From Deinococcus sp. (GTDB lineage Bacteria; Deinococcota; Deinococci; Deinococcales; Deinococcaceae), in contig OZ253375.1 in assembly GCA_965261005.1 (NCBI GenBank), positions 448,001 to 512,000 on the forward strand: a stretch of DNA of 64,000 bases. Reading direction: 5' to 3'. A program made the translations under genes and the position numbers. Every line of letters starts with the position of its first letter. Position 1 is the stretch's first letter. The notes under the pieces are model-generated. The model had not been told where the DNA came from. It saw only the letters and a list, made by a program, of their open reading frames with translations, and did not search any database. Shown here one piece after another: positions 1 to 16,453 of this stretch.

Positions 1-1396
1 GGCCGAAGGGGTCGGCGCTGCCGCTGGGTTGTTTGCCGACGCCGAAGAAGCCGACCAAGGTATCCAGGCGGTCGGCAATGGAGAGCAGGGCGCCCTCCAG
101 GGAGGCGGGCAACTCGGCCTCGGCGGTCACGGGTTTCACGGCCTCGGCCAGCACGGCGGCGATTTCGGGCGCCGTCCCCTCGCGCCCGGCGTAGGCGGCG
201 CCCATCACGCCGGCCAGGTCGGGATATTCCCCCACCATCTGGGTGCTGAGGTCGGCCAGGTGCAGCCCCGCCGCCGCGCGCAGAGAGGTGGGATCGGGCA
301 GCAGGAGACCGCCCAAACGGGACGCCAAGTCGCGCACCCGGTTCGCCTTGTCGAGCATGTTGCCCAGCCCTCTTTGAAAGGCGCGCCCGCTGAGGGCCTC
401 GCGCCGCTCGGTCAGCGGGACCTTGACGTCGTTGTTCCAAAAGAACAGGGCGTCGGACAAGCGGCCGTCCAACACTTGAACGTAGCCGCGCAGGGGAACG
501 GCGGGGTCGGGCACACGGGTGTTGGAGACGACCGCGAACTTATTTTCCAGCCGGGTCTCGCCGCGCACCGGGAAGTAACGTTGGTGAACGACCATCGTCT
601 CGGCCAGCACCTCGTCGGGCAAGGCCAGGTAGCGCGCGTCGAAGTCACCGACCAGGGCTGCGGGGTACTCCACCAGGTTGACCACCTCGTCAATCAGGCC
701 CTCCGGGGTGTCGAAGGTGACGCCTGGGGGCAGGGCCTCGCGGACCAGCTTGAGGGTCAGTTCGCGGCGGGTCTCCTGGTCGGCGACGACGTGCGCCGTG
801 AGCAGGTGCGTCTCGTACTCAGAGGGCGAGGCGAGGTCAACGGGGTCCGGCGACAAAAAGCGGTGGCCGCGCGTGGCCCGGCCCGCCGTCACGCCCGCCA
901 CCGTCAGCGGCAGCACCTCGGTGTCGAGCAGGGCCACCAGCCAAGCGACCGGGCGCACGAACTCGGCGTCGGTGACGCTGCCCCAGCGCATCTTGCGCGG
1001 CGCCGGAAGATCGCGCAGCGCGCCGGCGAGCAGGTCCGGCAGCACTTCGGCCGTGGGTCTGCCAGGCTCAACCAGGGTGGCGTGGAGGTAGCCGCCCTCC
1101 TCCAGCAAATCTTCACGGGTCAGACCCAGCGAGGCGGCGAAGCCGGCGGCAGCCCTTTCGCCGGCCGCGCTCGCGGGGCCGCGCCGGCGGCTTTCCTGCC
1201 TAGGCTGCACGTCCGACAAGCCCGACACCCGCGCGGCCAGGCGGCGCGGGGTGCTGAACAGCTCCAGGGTTTTGAAGTTGAGCCGGGCGGCGTTCAGGCG
1301 CTCCGTCAGCAGCGCGCCCAGCCCCTCACGGCCCTGGTCCACGTAAAAGGCGGGCAACTCCTCGGCGCCGATCTCAAACAGCAGGGTGTGGCTCAC
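1..1396 (-). CDS. glyS: Glycine--tRNA ligase beta subunit (3' end runs off the window)
   Basis: Read manually on the minus strand: GTG start overlapping the glyQ stop, [15 protein letters not shown], later [22 protein letters not shown] and RLSDALFFW motifs. Confidence 0.93.
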   Translation of the reverse strand, partial: MSHTLLFEIGAEELPAFYVDQGREGLGALLTERLNAARLNFKTLELFSTPRRLAARVSGLSDVQPRQESRRRGPASAAGERAAAGFAASLGLTREDLLEEGGYLHATLVEPGRPTAEVLPDLLAGALRDLPAPRKMRWGSVTDAEFVRPVAWLVALLDTEVLPLTVAGVTAGRATRGHRFLSPDPVDLASPSEYETHLLTAHVVADQETRRELTLKLVREALPPGVTFDTPEGLIDEVVNLVEYPAALVGDFDARYLALPDEVLAETMVVHQRYFPVRGETRLENKFAVVSNTRVPDPAVPLRGYVQVLDGRLSDALFFWNNDVKVPLTERREALSGRAFQRGLGNMLDKANRVRDLASRLGGLLLPDPTSLRAAAGLHLADLSTQMVGEYPDLAGVMGAAYAGREGTAPEIAAVLAEAVKPVTAEAELPASLEGALLSIADRLDTLVGFFGVGKQPSGSADPFG

Positions 1397-2283
1397 GCCT
1401 TTACCCCTTCCAGGTACATCTCGGCCGCTTGGCGGGCCAGGGCGCGCACCCGGCCGATGTAGGCTTGCCGCTCGGCGTGGCTGATCGCCCCCCGGGCGTC
1501 GAGCAAATTAAAGGCGTGCGAGGTGCGCAGCACGAACTCGTAGCCGGGATAGACCAAGCCGTCCGCGAGGAGCCGCCGCGCCTCGGCCTCGTAGTCGTTA
1601 AACAGGCGGCGCTGCAAGTCGGCGTTGGATTCCTCGAAGTTGTAGCGCGAGTGCTGCACCTCGAAGTCGCGCCGCAGGTCGCCCACCGTCACGGGGGGGC
1701 TACTCGGCGTCGGGCCGGGGGCATAGGCCAGGTCGAAGCCGTGCTTGACCCCTTGTAGGTACAGCGCCAGCCGCTCGATACCGTAGGTGATCTCGGCGCT
1801 GACCGGGGATACGTCAATGCCGCCCACCTGCTGAAAGTAGGTGAACTGGGTGATCTCCAGGCCGTCGAGCCACACCTCCCAGCCCAGGCCCCAAGCGCCC
1901 AGCGTGGGGCTTTCCCAGTTGTCCTCGACGAAGCGGATGTCGTGGGCACCCGGGTCGATGCCGAGGGCGTACAGGCTCTGGAGGTACAGCTCCTGCACGT
2001 CCGCCGGCGAGGGCTTGAGAATCACTTGGTACTGAAAGAAGTACTGAAAGCGGTAGGGGTTCTCGCCGTAGCGGCCGTCGGCGGGGCGGCGCGACGGGGC
2101 CACGTAGGCGGTGCGCCACGGCTCTTTCCCCAAGGCGCGCAAAAAGGTGGTGGGATAAAAGGTGCCGGCGCCCACCTCGCTGTCCACCGGCTGGGTGATC
2201 ACGCAGCCGCGCGCGGCCCAAAAGCGGTCGAGGTCGAGGATCAAGTCTTGCAGGTATGGCCCGGCGGGGGTGGCAGCTGACAT
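1393..2283 (-). CDS. glyQ: Glycine--tRNA ligase alpha subunit
   Basis: [39 protein letters not shown] and ITQFTYFQQ motifs; TAAGAT -10 just before the ATG at 2283. Confidence 0.97.
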   Translation of the reverse strand: MSAATPAGPYLQDLILDLDRFWAARGCVITQPVDSEVGAGTFYPTTFLRALGKEPWRTAYVAPSRRPADGRYGENPYRFQYFFQYQVILKPSPADVQELYLQSLYALGIDPGAHDIRFVEDNWESPTLGAWGLGWEVWLDGLEITQFTYFQQVGGIDVSPVSAEITYGIERLALYLQGVKHGFDLAYAPGPTPSSPPVTVGDLRRDFEVQHSRYNFEESNADLQRRLFNDYEAEARRLLADGLVYPGYEFVLRTSHAFNLLDARGAISHAERQAYIGRVRALARQAAEMYLEGVKA

Positions 2284-2373
2284 GGTTCGCATCTTAGAGG
2301 GTGCCGGGTTTAGAGGGGGCTAAGTCAGAAGTCGAGGCGTGTCCACGAGGAACGTCCCATCACGTCCGCCGCC

Positions 2374-3624
2374 TCAAGCGCTTCGCCTCACGCCTTCCCC
2401 CGCCCCATCCACGCGTTCTTCCTCGGCGCGCAGCGCGCGCCTTTCGAGCACCGCGCCTTCCAAGCGCCAGTAGATCAGCGCCGCGACGCCAGCGAGGGCG
2501 GCGTAGCCAAGCCACAGCGGCGCGTTGCCCCAGCGCGAAAGCAGCCAACCGCCCAGCAGCGGCCCGCTGAACGCGCCCAGCCCGCTCATGCTGCCCGCCA
2601 ACCCGATGTAGCGGCCCCGCACGTCCGGGCGCCCCAATTCGGCGATCACCGTTTTGCCAATGCTGTAGCCCACGATCTCGCCGAGGCTCCAAATCACGAC
2701 GGCCAACATGTGCCACCACAGCGTCGGGGCAAAGGCGTGAAGCCCAAATCCCGCGCCGAGCAGCAGCGCCCCCAACGCTTGGGAGCGCGGGTGGTTGTCG
2801 CGGGCGATAACGTGGCCGAGCGGCAGGCCCAACACCACCACCAGCGCCCCGTTTAGGGCCAGCGCCTGCCCGTACTGCGCGGCGGTGTAGCCTTGCTGGA
2901 CAAAGACCAGCGCCAGCAACTTGTAACTTTGGTAGGTGGTGGCGAACAGCAGCGCGGCCAGCATGTAGATCCACAGCAGCGGGTCTTTGGGAACGAAGCC
3001 GAACGGAACGGAAGTGCCGCGCCTACGCTCGGCGTTCGGCTGGCGGTCTGGCTTAAACAGGGCGCTCAGCAGCGCGGCGGAAAGCCCCATCGTGGCGGCG
3101 TCCAGCACGAACAGCAGGCGAAACGAAACCCCCGCCAGGTAGCCGCCCAGCAGCGGGGCCAGCGACGCGCCCACGTTGATGGCCCAGTACAGCATGGTGT
3201 AGGCCCGCGTGCGTTGGGGGCCGGTCGTCAGCTCGGCCACCGCCGCGCTGGAGGCGGGCTTGTACAGCGAGGTCAGCAGCGAATAGCCCGTCACGCCCGC
3301 GACGATCCAGGCGTACGTCGGCGCGAAGCCCAGCGCCAACAGCGTCAAGCCGCCGCCGCCGAGCGACAAGATCATGGTGCGCCGGGCACCGGAAGCGTCG
3401 CTCAGCGCCCCGCCCAGCGGCTCGGCGAAAAAGCGCCCTACGCCGAGTAGGCTGAGCACCAGCGTCACCTGCGTCACGCCGAGATGGCGCTGAGCGCTGA
3501 GGTAAAAGCCGAGCAGCGGCACCACGAACTCGCCCAGCCGGTTGATCAGGGTGCCCAGCCACAGCGCCCAGAATTCCGGCGGGTAGGCGGCATAGAGCGA
3601 TCTGAAAGAAAAGCGGGGCAACAC
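2374..3624 (-). CDS. MFS transporter
   Basis: About 12 hydrophobic segments, GGALSDASGARRT MFS motif A; start uncertain (GTG 3624 or TTG 3642). Confidence 0.88.
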   Translation of the reverse strand: MLPRFSFRSLYAAYPPEFWALWLGTLINRLGEFVVPLLGFYLSAQRHLGVTQVTLVLSLLGVGRFFAEPLGGALSDASGARRTMILSLGGGGLTLLALGFAPTYAWIVAGVTGYSLLTSLYKPASSAAVAELTTGPQRTRAYTMLYWAINVGASLAPLLGGYLAGVSFRLLFVLDAATMGLSAALLSALFKPDRQPNAERRRGTSVPFGFVPKDPLLWIYMLAALLFATTYQSYKLLALVFVQQGYTAAQYGQALALNGALVVVLGLPLGHVIARDNHPRSQALGALLLGAGFGLHAFAPTLWWHMLAVVIWSLGEIVGYSIGKTVIAELGRPDVRGRYIGLAGSMSGLGAFSGPLLGGWLLSRWGNAPLWLGYAALAGVAALIYWRLEGAVLERRALRAEEERVDGAGEGVRRSA

Positions 3625-3976
3625 CTCCGAGTCTAAGCGCAAGGGAGGACGGCCTTTTTGCGCCGCGCGTTACCCAGCGGGGGACACGAAAACGGCGAAC
3701 GCTTTACAAACCCTCGAAACAAAAGGAGAAACCGCTCATCCGGGCCGAACCGTCTTCATACGCCGGGGCGTCAGATTGAAGCATGCTGCAAAAAACGGGC
3801 GCCCCGGCCCAGAATTGAGCTGACCGGCGCGGACGGCTGGCACGGACAGACAGTGAGAACGCACCCGCTACCCCCACGGGGCGGCGCGTAGAGTACAATC
3901 AGATGAGCAACATCACAGGCCCAAAAGTCTCAGGTCCGCGTGCCGTGCTCACGACACCTGACATGGGGGGTAGGCC

Positions 3977-6208
<2,232 letters not shown>

Positions 6209-6273
6209 GAAAGTTGGGAAAGTCGGGGGCCTAAGAATGGCCCTCGACTTTCTGTTTGGCACCCACAGGTCCG

Positions 6274-6290
6274 TTATGATAGGAACAGAA
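6274..6290 (+). promoter_or_regulatory. RDRM-like (DdrO operator-like) 17-bp box upstream of radA
   Basis: TTATGATAGGAACAGAA, 24 nt before the radA ATG; shares TTATG-N6-ACAGAA with the box before sbcD. Confidence 0.6.
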
Positions 6291-6314
6291 TGACGCTTTC
6301 CCTCCCTGTTCCTC

Positions 6315-7640
6315 ATGGCTAAAGTCCTCGCCACCTTCGTCTGCACCTCCTGCGGCTATCAATCGAGCAAGCCCCTCGGCCGCTGTCCCAATTGCCAAGC
6401 CTGGAACTCCTTTGAGGAGGTCGCGGAGGCGCCAACAGCGAAGGGCGGCTCGGGCGCTTACGGCGGCGTGAGGGGCGGCAAGCTGACGGCCCTCTCCAGC
6501 GTCGGGCGGCGCGAGGAGCCGCGCACCCCGAGCGGCCTGCCCGAACTCGACCGGGTGCTGGGGGGCGGCTTGGTGGCGGGGGGCGTCACCCTGATCGGCG
6601 GGGAGCCGGGCATCGGCAAGTCCACGCTGCTGCTTCAGGTGGCCGATCTGCTGGCCCGCTCGGGCAAGCGCGTGCTGTACGTGGCGGGCGAGGAGAGCTT
6701 GGAGCAGATTCGTCTGCGCGCCGACCGCTTGGGGGTGCTGGGCGACGTGCAGATGACCAGGGACACCCGGGCCGAGCACATCGCGGCGCTGCTCAGCGAG
6801 CACCAACCGGCCCTGTGCATCGTGGACTCGATTCAGACGGTGCAGGTGGAGGAAGGCGGGACGCCTGGCGGTGTAGCCCAGGTGCGCGAGGCGACCGCCA
6901 TTCTGACGCGGGCGGCCAAGGAGTCGGGCAGCGCGACCGTGCTGGTCGGACATGTGACCAAGGAGGGCACGGTCGCCGGCCCCAAGGTGATGGAGCATAT
7001 CGTGGACACCACCGTCTTTCTGGAGTCGGTGGGCCAGTACCGTTTGCTGCGCAGCGTCAAGAACCGCTTCGGACAGGCCGGGGAACTGGGCGTCTTCGAG
7101 ATGCGCGAGGGGGGGCTGTTCGCGGTGGAGAATCCCTCGGCCGCCTTTCTGGCCGAGCGCCCGGTCGGCGCTCCCGGCAGCGTGGTCGCCGCCACGGTGG
7201 ACGGGCACCGCCCGCTCCTCTTGGAGGTGCAGGCCCTGGCCGCCAAGACCCCCTACCCCAACGCGCGCCGGGTGGTGGTGGGCCTCGATCCCCGCAGGGT
7301 GGACGTGGTGCTGGCGGTGCTGGAGCGCCGGCTCGACTTGACGCTGGGCGGCCTGGACATCTTCGTGAACCTCGCGGGCGGCCTGAAAGTGCCCGACCCC
7401 GGCCTCGACCTCGCCATCGCCCTCTCGGTGTACAGCGCGGTGGTCGGCAAGCCGCTGCCGGGGGAGGTGGCGGTCTTCGGCGAGGTCGGCCTGGCGGGGG
7501 AGGTGAGGGCCGTGCAGAGCGCCCTCAGACGCGCTGAGGAAGCCAAGCGGGCCGGCTATTCAAGGTTGGTCGTGCCCCCCGGCGAGGGGGGAAGCGGCGT
7601 CACGAACGTCGAGGAGGCGTTGAGGGTGCTGTGGCGCTGA
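6315..7640 (+). CDS. radA: DNA repair protein RadA/Sms
   Basis: C4 zinc finger CTSC..CPNC, Walker [15 protein letters not shown] motif, Lon-like C-terminus. Confidence 0.97.
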   Translation: MAKVLATFVCTSCGYQSSKPLGRCPNCQAWNSFEEVAEAPTAKGGSGAYGGVRGGKLTALSSVGRREEPRTPSGLPELDRVLGGGLVAGGVTLIGGEPGIGKSTLLLQVADLLARSGKRVLYVAGEESLEQIRLRADRLGVLGDVQMTRDTRAEHIAALLSEHQPALCIVDSIQTVQVEEGGTPGGVAQVREATAILTRAAKESGSATVLVGHVTKEGTVAGPKVMEHIVDTTVFLESVGQYRLLRSVKNRFGQAGELGVFEMREGGLFAVENPSAAFLAERPVGAPGSVVAATVDGHRPLLLEVQALAAKTPYPNARRVVVGLDPRRVDVVLAVLERRLDLTLGGLDIFVNLAGGLKVPDPGLDLAIALSVYSAVVGKPLPGEVAVFGEVGLAGEVRAVQSALRRAEEAKRAGYSRLVVPPGEGGSGVTNVEEALRVLWR

Positions 7641-7678
7641 GGGCGCTCCCGTAGACGTTGCTCCTGTAGACTTTGGCG

Positions 7679-8710
7679 GTGGCGCTGTTTCGCTTGGTAT
7701 TGCTGTTGATCGGGGTGCTGGCCGGCTACGGCCTCGGCCAAGTGTTGGCGGCCCGGAATTCGGGGTCGGAGGCGAGCGCGGCGGCCAACACCCTCTACCT
7801 GATGGCCGTGGGGCTGCTGCTGGCCTTTTTGCTGGCGCCGCGCCTCGGGCGTGCGCTGGGGGGGTTTGGCGGGCGGGTGCAGAGCAGCTTCGCCCGGCTC
7901 GACCCGCGCCGGGTGGCGGCGGCGACCGTGGGGCTGGTCGTGGCGCTGCTCCTCGGGGTGCTGCTCAGCAGCGTGCTGGCGCGGGCGCCGTTTTACACCT
8001 GGTACGTCAACGTGCTGGTCACGCTCATTCTGGCGGTCTTCTTCGTGTACTTCGCACTGCAAAACGCCCCGGCCTTTGGGGGTCTGGCTTGGACCGCCGC
8101 GCCGCGCCGCCGAAGCGGGGCCAAGGTGCTCGACACCAACGTCATCATCGACGGGCGGGTGGTGAACCTCGCCAGGAGCGGCTTTCTGGAGGGCGAGCTG
8201 ATCGTGCCCTCCTTTGTGCTGCGCGAGCTGCAATTTCTGGCCGACCACGGCGAGGCGGGGCGGCGCGCGCGCGGCAAGCGGGGACTGAGCACGTTGGAGG
8301 AGCTGCGAACCTTGACCCAGCTGAGCGTACAGGAGTGGGACGCGCCGGACGTGCAGACCGTGGACGACAAGCTGATCCGCTTCACGCGCGAGTTGGACGC
8401 GCGGCTGGTCACCAACGACGCCAACCTCAGCAAGGTGGCGGCCCTGTACGGCGTGCGAACGCTGAGCTTGCACGAGGCGGCCGTGGCGCTGCGCCCGACC
8501 CTCTCGGTTGGGGAAAGCCTGGAGCTGATTATCAGCAAGGCCGGGCAGCAGGCCGGGCAGGGCGTGGGCTACCTCGACGACGGCACCATGATCGTGGTGG
8601 AGGACGGCCTCAAGCACAAGGGCAAGAGCGTGCGCGTGCTGGTGCTCAGCAACGTGCAGACCTCGGTCGGCCGCATGGTCTTCGCGCGTGCGGAGGGCGA
8701 GGCGGGCTAA
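7679..8710 (+). CDS. Membrane-anchored PIN/TRAM domain protein (YacL-like)
   Basis: N-terminal TM helices, VLDTNVIIDGR PIN motif, GVGYLDDGTMIVVE TRAM motif; typical clpC-radA neighbour. Confidence 0.9.
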   Translation: MALFRLVLLLIGVLAGYGLGQVLAARNSGSEASAAANTLYLMAVGLLLAFLLAPRLGRALGGFGGRVQSSFARLDPRRVAAATVGLVVALLLGVLLSSVLARAPFYTWYVNVLVTLILAVFFVYFALQNAPAFGGLAWTAAPRRRSGAKVLDTNVIIDGRVVNLARSGFLEGELIVPSFVLRELQFLADHGEAGRRARGKRGLSTLEELRTLTQLSVQEWDAPDVQTVDDKLIRFTRELDARLVTNDANLSKVAALYGVRTLSLHEAAVALRPTLSVGESLELIISKAGQQAGQGVGYLDDGTMIVVEDGLKHKGKSVRVLVLSNVQTSVGRMVFARAEGEAG

Positions 8711-8719
8711 ACTGCCCGC

Positions 8720-11562
<2,843 letters not shown>

Positions 11563-11567
11563 CCGAC

Positions 11568-11596
11568 TTGACTTTGCCCCGCCCGGCTCATACTGT
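11568..11596 (+). promoter_or_regulatory. Sigma70-type promoter of the ilvB leader (leaderless transcript)
   Basis: TTGACT-17 nt-TACTGT, followed 6 nt later by the leader ATG. Confidence 0.75.
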
Positions 11597-11602
11597 GTGC
11601 CC

Positions 11603-11656
11603 ATGACCGCGATTCTCGCGCTTCTTGTACTCGGCTCCGGGGATTCACCCAGCTGA
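11603..11656 (+). CDS. ilvBNC attenuator leader peptide (MTAILALLVLGSGDSPS)
   Basis: 17-aa ORF with clustered Ile/Leu/Val codons followed by antiterminator and terminator. Confidence 0.85.
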   Translation: MTAILALLVLGSGDSPS

Positions 11657-11676
11657 GCGCGCGAGCGTTGCAAGAA

Positions 11677-11709
11677 TCCCCGGACCCACAGCGGTTCGGG
11701 GCTTTTTTT
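11677..11709 (+). terminator. Attenuator terminator upstream of ilvB
   Basis: CCCCGGACC-cacagc-GGTTCGGGG then a T7 run; its 5' arm can alternatively pair with TCCGGGGATTC in the leader. Confidence 0.85.
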
Positions 11710-11852
11710 AAGGAGGCAGGGATGAGGCGAAGCGAACCACGACCCGAACATCCGGAAAGGCCAGATGAGCCTCTTTCCGCCCATGCGCGCCGCCGGACCC
11801 TGTCCTGGCGGCGCGCGGCTTTTGGAAACGAACGCCCGTTAGGGGGTTCCTC

Positions 11853-13511
11853 ATGAACGGCGCCGACGCCCTGTGGCAGACCCTGATCGCGCACGACCTC
11901 ACGACCGTCTTCGGCTATCCCGGCGGGGCCATCATGCCGGTGTACGACGCCCTGACCGCCGTGCCCGAGGTGCGCCACATCCTGACCCGCCACGAGCAGG
12001 GCGCGGTGCACGCCGCCGAGGGCTGGGCCAAGGCGACCGGGCGAATCGGCGTGTGCCTGGCGACCAGCGGCCCCGGCGCGACCAACCTGGTCACCGGCAT
12101 CGCCGACGCCATGATGGACTCGGTGCCGCTGCTCGCCATCACCGGCAACGTGGCGCGCCCCTTGCTCGGCACCGACGCCTTTCAGGAGGCCGACATCACC
12201 GGCATCACGCTGCCGATCACCAAGCACAACTACCTGGTTCGCAGCGCGAACGAGCTGCCGGGGGTGGTGGCCGAGGCCATTCGCATCGCGCGCAGCGGGC
12301 GGCCGGGGCCGGTCCTGATAGACATTCCCAAGGACGTGCAGCTGGAAGCCTTTGAGGACGAGATTCCCGCCGCGCAGGCCCGGCCGCCCCTCCCGCCGCC
12401 GAGCGGGGAGGCCATAGAGGAAGCTTTGGAGGTGCTCAGGGGCGCCAAGCGGCCGGTGCTGATGGTGGGCGGCGGCGCGCAAGGGGCGGCGGCCGAGGTC
12501 ACGGCCCTGGCGCGGGCTTGGCGGCTTCCGACCATCACGACCTTGATGGGCCTGGGAGCCTTTCCCGCGAGCGACCCCTTGTGGCTGGGCATGCCGGGCA
12601 TGCACGGCAGCGTGGCCGCCAACCGCGCCATTCAGGAGGCGGACGTGCTGATCGGCGTCGGGCTGCGCTTCGACGACCGGGTGACGGGGAAGGTGGCCGG
12701 CTTCGCCCCGCGGGCGAAGATCATCCACGTGGACCTCGACGCCGCCGAGATCGGCAAGATCGTGCGCGCCCACGTGCCGGTGCGCGGGGACGCGGGGCAG
12801 GCCGCCCGTCTGCTGGCCGAGCACGCACAGCCTTATTCCCACCCCGAGTGGACCGCCCAGCTGACCGAGTGGCGGGAACGCGGCGCGAGGCCGAGTCAGT
12901 GGGGCGCCGGGTACGCGGTGGGGGCGATCTGCGACCGGCTCGAAGCGGGCGACATCCTCTCCACCGACGTGGGCCAGCACCAGATGCTGGCCGCGCAGTT
13001 GGCCCGCTTCGAGAGACCGCGCCGCTGGCTGACCTCGGGCGGGCTGGGCACCATGGGCTTCGGCTTTCCCGCCGCCATCGGGGCAGCCCTGGCCGACCCC
13101 GGCGTGCGCAGCGTCGTGATCGCCGGGGACGGCGGCTTTCAGATGACCGCGCAGGAACTGGCGACCCTGACGCGCTACAGGATTCCGGTCAAGATCGCCA
13201 TTATCAACAACAATTACTTGGGCATGGTCCGCCAATGGCAGGAGCTGTTCCACGGCAAGCGCTACTCCGAGGTCTACCTGGGCGAAAGCAACCCCGACTT
13301 TCTCAAGCTGGCGGGGGCCTACGGGATCGAGGGCTGGCGCGCCAGTAACGAGGCCGAATTGCCGGGCGCCTTGGGCGCCTGGCTCGCGCACGACGGCCCC
13401 GCCCTCTTGGAGTGCGTCGTGCCGCAGGAGCACGGCGTCTTTCCAATGGTCCCGTCCGGCGCTGCCCTACACGAGATGGTGGAAGAGGCGCCGGAGGGGG
13501 TGGCGCCGTGA
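11853..13511 (+). CDS. ilvB: Acetolactate synthase large subunit
   Basis: FGYPGGAIMP, RHEQGA, TSGPGATN, GDGGFQM TPP motif, LGMVRQWQ. Confidence 0.96.
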   Translation: MNGADALWQTLIAHDLTTVFGYPGGAIMPVYDALTAVPEVRHILTRHEQGAVHAAEGWAKATGRIGVCLATSGPGATNLVTGIADAMMDSVPLLAITGNVARPLLGTDAFQEADITGITLPITKHNYLVRSANELPGVVAEAIRIARSGRPGPVLIDIPKDVQLEAFEDEIPAAQARPPLPPPSGEAIEEALEVLRGAKRPVLMVGGGAQGAAAEVTALARAWRLPTITTLMGLGAFPASDPLWLGMPGMHGSVAANRAIQEADVLIGVGLRFDDRVTGKVAGFAPRAKIIHVDLDAAEIGKIVRAHVPVRGDAGQAARLLAEHAQPYSHPEWTAQLTEWRERGARPSQWGAGYAVGAICDRLEAGDILSTDVGQHQMLAAQLARFERPRRWLTSGGLGTMGFGFPAAIGAALADPGVRSVVIAGDGGFQMTAQELATLTRYRIPVKIAIINNNYLGMVRQWQELFHGKRYSEVYLGESNPDFLKLAGAYGIEGWRASNEAELPGALGAWLAHDGPALLECVVPQEHGVFPMVPSGAALHEMVEEAPEGVAP

Positions 13512-14065
13512 GCGCCGACTTCCTGCTCTCGCTGATCGTGCGCGACGAGCCGCGCGTGCTGACGCGCATTTCCAGCTTGATCGGGCGGCGCGGCTACAAC
13601 ATCCGCAGCTTGTCGGTGGGCGCCACCGAGGTGCCGGGCGTGTCGCGCATGACCTTGGTGGTGCAGGGGGACCGCGCGGTGGTGGACAACGCCATCCGGC
13701 AGCTGGAAAAGCTTCAGGACGTGATCAAGGTGGTGGACCACGACCTGGAGAAGTTCGTGGACCGCGAGCTGCTGCTGCTCAAGGTGAGAATCAGCTCCAG
13801 CGAGGACCGGGTGGAGGTCCGCCACATCGCCGACGACTTCCGCGCCCGCATCGTGGACGTGGGCCGGCGCGCCCTGATGTTCGAGGTGACCGGGGACGAG
13901 GGCAAGATCACCGCCTTTGTCGAGCAGATGCGTCCCTTCGGCATCCTGGAGACCATGCGCACCGGCCGGGTGGCCCTGACCCGGGGCAGCAACGCGGACA
14001 TTCCCAGCCACGTGTACATGGATGGGCCGAGCCAGGCGCTGGAACCTGCCGTTGTGACCAATTAA
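13508..14065 (+). CDS. ilvN: Acetolactate synthase small regulatory subunit
   Basis: ACT domain, RRGYNIRSLSVG, RELLLLKV, RTGRVAL; lies between ilvB and ilvC. Confidence 0.93.
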   Translation: MSADFLLSLIVRDEPRVLTRISSLIGRRGYNIRSLSVGATEVPGVSRMTLVVQGDRAVVDNAIRQLEKLQDVIKVVDHDLEKFVDRELLLLKVRISSSEDRVEVRHIADDFRARIVDVGRRALMFEVTGDEGKITAFVEQMRPFGILETMRTGRVALTRGSNADIPSHVYMDGPSQALEPAVVTN

Positions 14066-14073
14066 CCGTGAAT

Positions 14074-14129
14074 GTAGGGGAGGGTTTAAAACGGGATGTG
14101 AAACGGGAGGGTTTGAAACCCTCCCCTAC
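14074..14129. repeat. GTAG-type REP-like palindrome
   Basis: GTAGGGGAGGGTTT (14074-14087) and AAACCCTCCCCTAC (14116-14129) are perfect 14-bp inverted repeats, with a partial duplicate GGGAGGGTTT between them. Confidence 0.7.
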
Positions 14130-14174
14130 GGCGCGCAGACAACCCATTCTCACCCATAATTCAAAGGAGACCCC

Positions 14175-15185
<1,011 letters not shown>

Positions 15186-15288
15186 GCGTTTCGGCCAAGC
15201 ATCCCCTTGGCTGATAACTGCGTTGTTCTTTCTGTTTTTTATAGTAGACATTTTGGTCAAGTATCCATTGGCGCAAAGAGGTTCTTTG

Positions 15289-16453
15289 CTCAGTACCCGA
15301 CAGGAAGGTCTAAAGGTTGTGTGACACGAGGAGAGACAGCAGAGCCGGGGCAAACTGTGGTTGATGAGTACCCAGCCCCCCGGCACTGCTGACGCTACCC
15401 TGCGCGCGCTCGTCGCGCAACACCTGCCCGGACGCCGCTCTGACCAGCGCGCTCGTCTCGCCGATATGTTGCTCGCTACCGTCCACGCCCAGCACGTCAC
15501 TCACCGCAAACTCGCTCAGCACTTGCCGGGTGACGCCCGACCCGAAAGCAAAGAACGTCGCGTCGCCCGCTTCTTCGCCGCAGCGACCTTCACTCAGCAC
15601 GAGGCCGCCCAACTGATCCTGCCGCTGTTGGGGAGCGGCAAGTTGACGCTCGCGATGGACCGCACCAACTGGCGCTATGGGCAATATGATCACAACATCT
15701 TGGTGATTGGGGCGGTGTTTGCTGGCTACGCTCTCCCCTTGGTGTGGGACGTGCTGGACCACGGCGGCGCCAGTTCGACTGCCGCGCGCATCGCGCTGCT
15801 CGACCGGCTGCTGAGCGTCATTCCCGCACAGCGCATTGCGGTGCTGCTGGCCGACCGTGAGTTCGTGGGCAAAGACTGGTTCGCGGCCCTGGAACAACGA
15901 CGGCTCAAGCGCTGCATCCGCATTCGTGAGGACACCCTGCTCGATGACATCGCGGTTCGAGACGCCTTTGCACACCTGACGCCCGGCGAGGTGCGCGGCC
16001 TGCTCGACAAAGAGGTGGTCTACGGCGCTGAGATGCAGGTGGTTGCCACACTGTCCAGCGAAGGTGAGCGCGTTGTGATCGCTTCGGACCTCTCGCTGTT
16101 CGACACCTGTGAGCGCTACCGGTCGCGCTGGTCCATCGAATGCACCTTCGGCGCTTACAAACTGCGCGGCCTCAATCTGGAGGCGACCCACATGACCGAC
16201 CCTGCCCGCATCGAAACGCTGGTCAGCTTGCTCACGGTCGCCTTCGTCTGGGCGCTGCTGGTCGGTCTGGTGCGGGAACAAGAGGCGCCCGTACGGCTCA
16301 AAACGCACGGGCGCAAAGCCAAGAGCACCTTCCTGACCGGCCTCGATCTGCTTGTGGACGCCCTCAAGTGGAACCTTGAGCGCGCAAGGTCTTGTCTGGC
16401 CCTCCTCTTCCCGGCCCTTCAGATGCCACCGACCCTACCTGTCGGGTACTGAG
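15289..16453 (+). mobile_element. IS4-family insertion sequence, 1165 bp, apparently intact
   Basis: Perfect 16-bp terminal IRs CTCAGTACCCGACAGG / CCTGTCGGGTACTGAG; 9-bp direct repeat GGTTCTTTG at 15280-15288 and 16454-16462. Confidence 0.95.
15361..16452 (+). CDS. IS4-family DDE transposase
   Basis: LAMDRTNW, LLADREF and YRSRWSIECTFGAYK (Y-2-R-3-E-6-K signature); stop codon lies inside the right IR. Confidence 0.93.
   Translation: MMSTQPPGTADATLRALVAQHLPGRRSDQRARLADMLLATVHAQHVTHRKLAQHLPGDARPESKERRVARFFAAATFTQHEAAQLILPLLGSGKLTLAMDRTNWRYGQYDHNILVIGAVFAGYALPLVWDVLDHGGASSTAARIALLDRLLSVIPAQRIAVLLADREFVGKDWFAALEQRRLKRCIRIREDTLLDDIAVRDAFAHLTPGEVRGLLDKEVVYGAEMQVVATLSSEGERVVIASDLSLFDTCERYRSRWSIECTFGAYKLRGLNLEATHMTDPARIETLVSLLTVAFVWALLVGLVREQEAPVRLKTHGRKAKSTFLTGLDLLVDALKWNLERARSCLALLFPALQMPPTLPVGY

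Noticed and set aside
29..1462. 477-aa plus-strand ORF and similar long antisense ORFs (3899-6346, 11322-13433, 18639-20417, 55318-58299)
   Set aside because: They shadow well-supported genes on the opposite strand; long stop-free antisense frames are expected at this GC content and show no motifs.
3643..3976. Possible CtsR/HspR/CIRCE site, RNA thermometer or sRNA upstream of clpC
   Set aside because: No convincing repeat consensus; only a weak hairpin (TCAGGT...ACCTGA).
15230..15246. TTCTGTTTTTTATAGTA resembling an RDRM
   Set aside because: Lies inside an AT-rich coding fragment and the right half matches poorly; probably chance.
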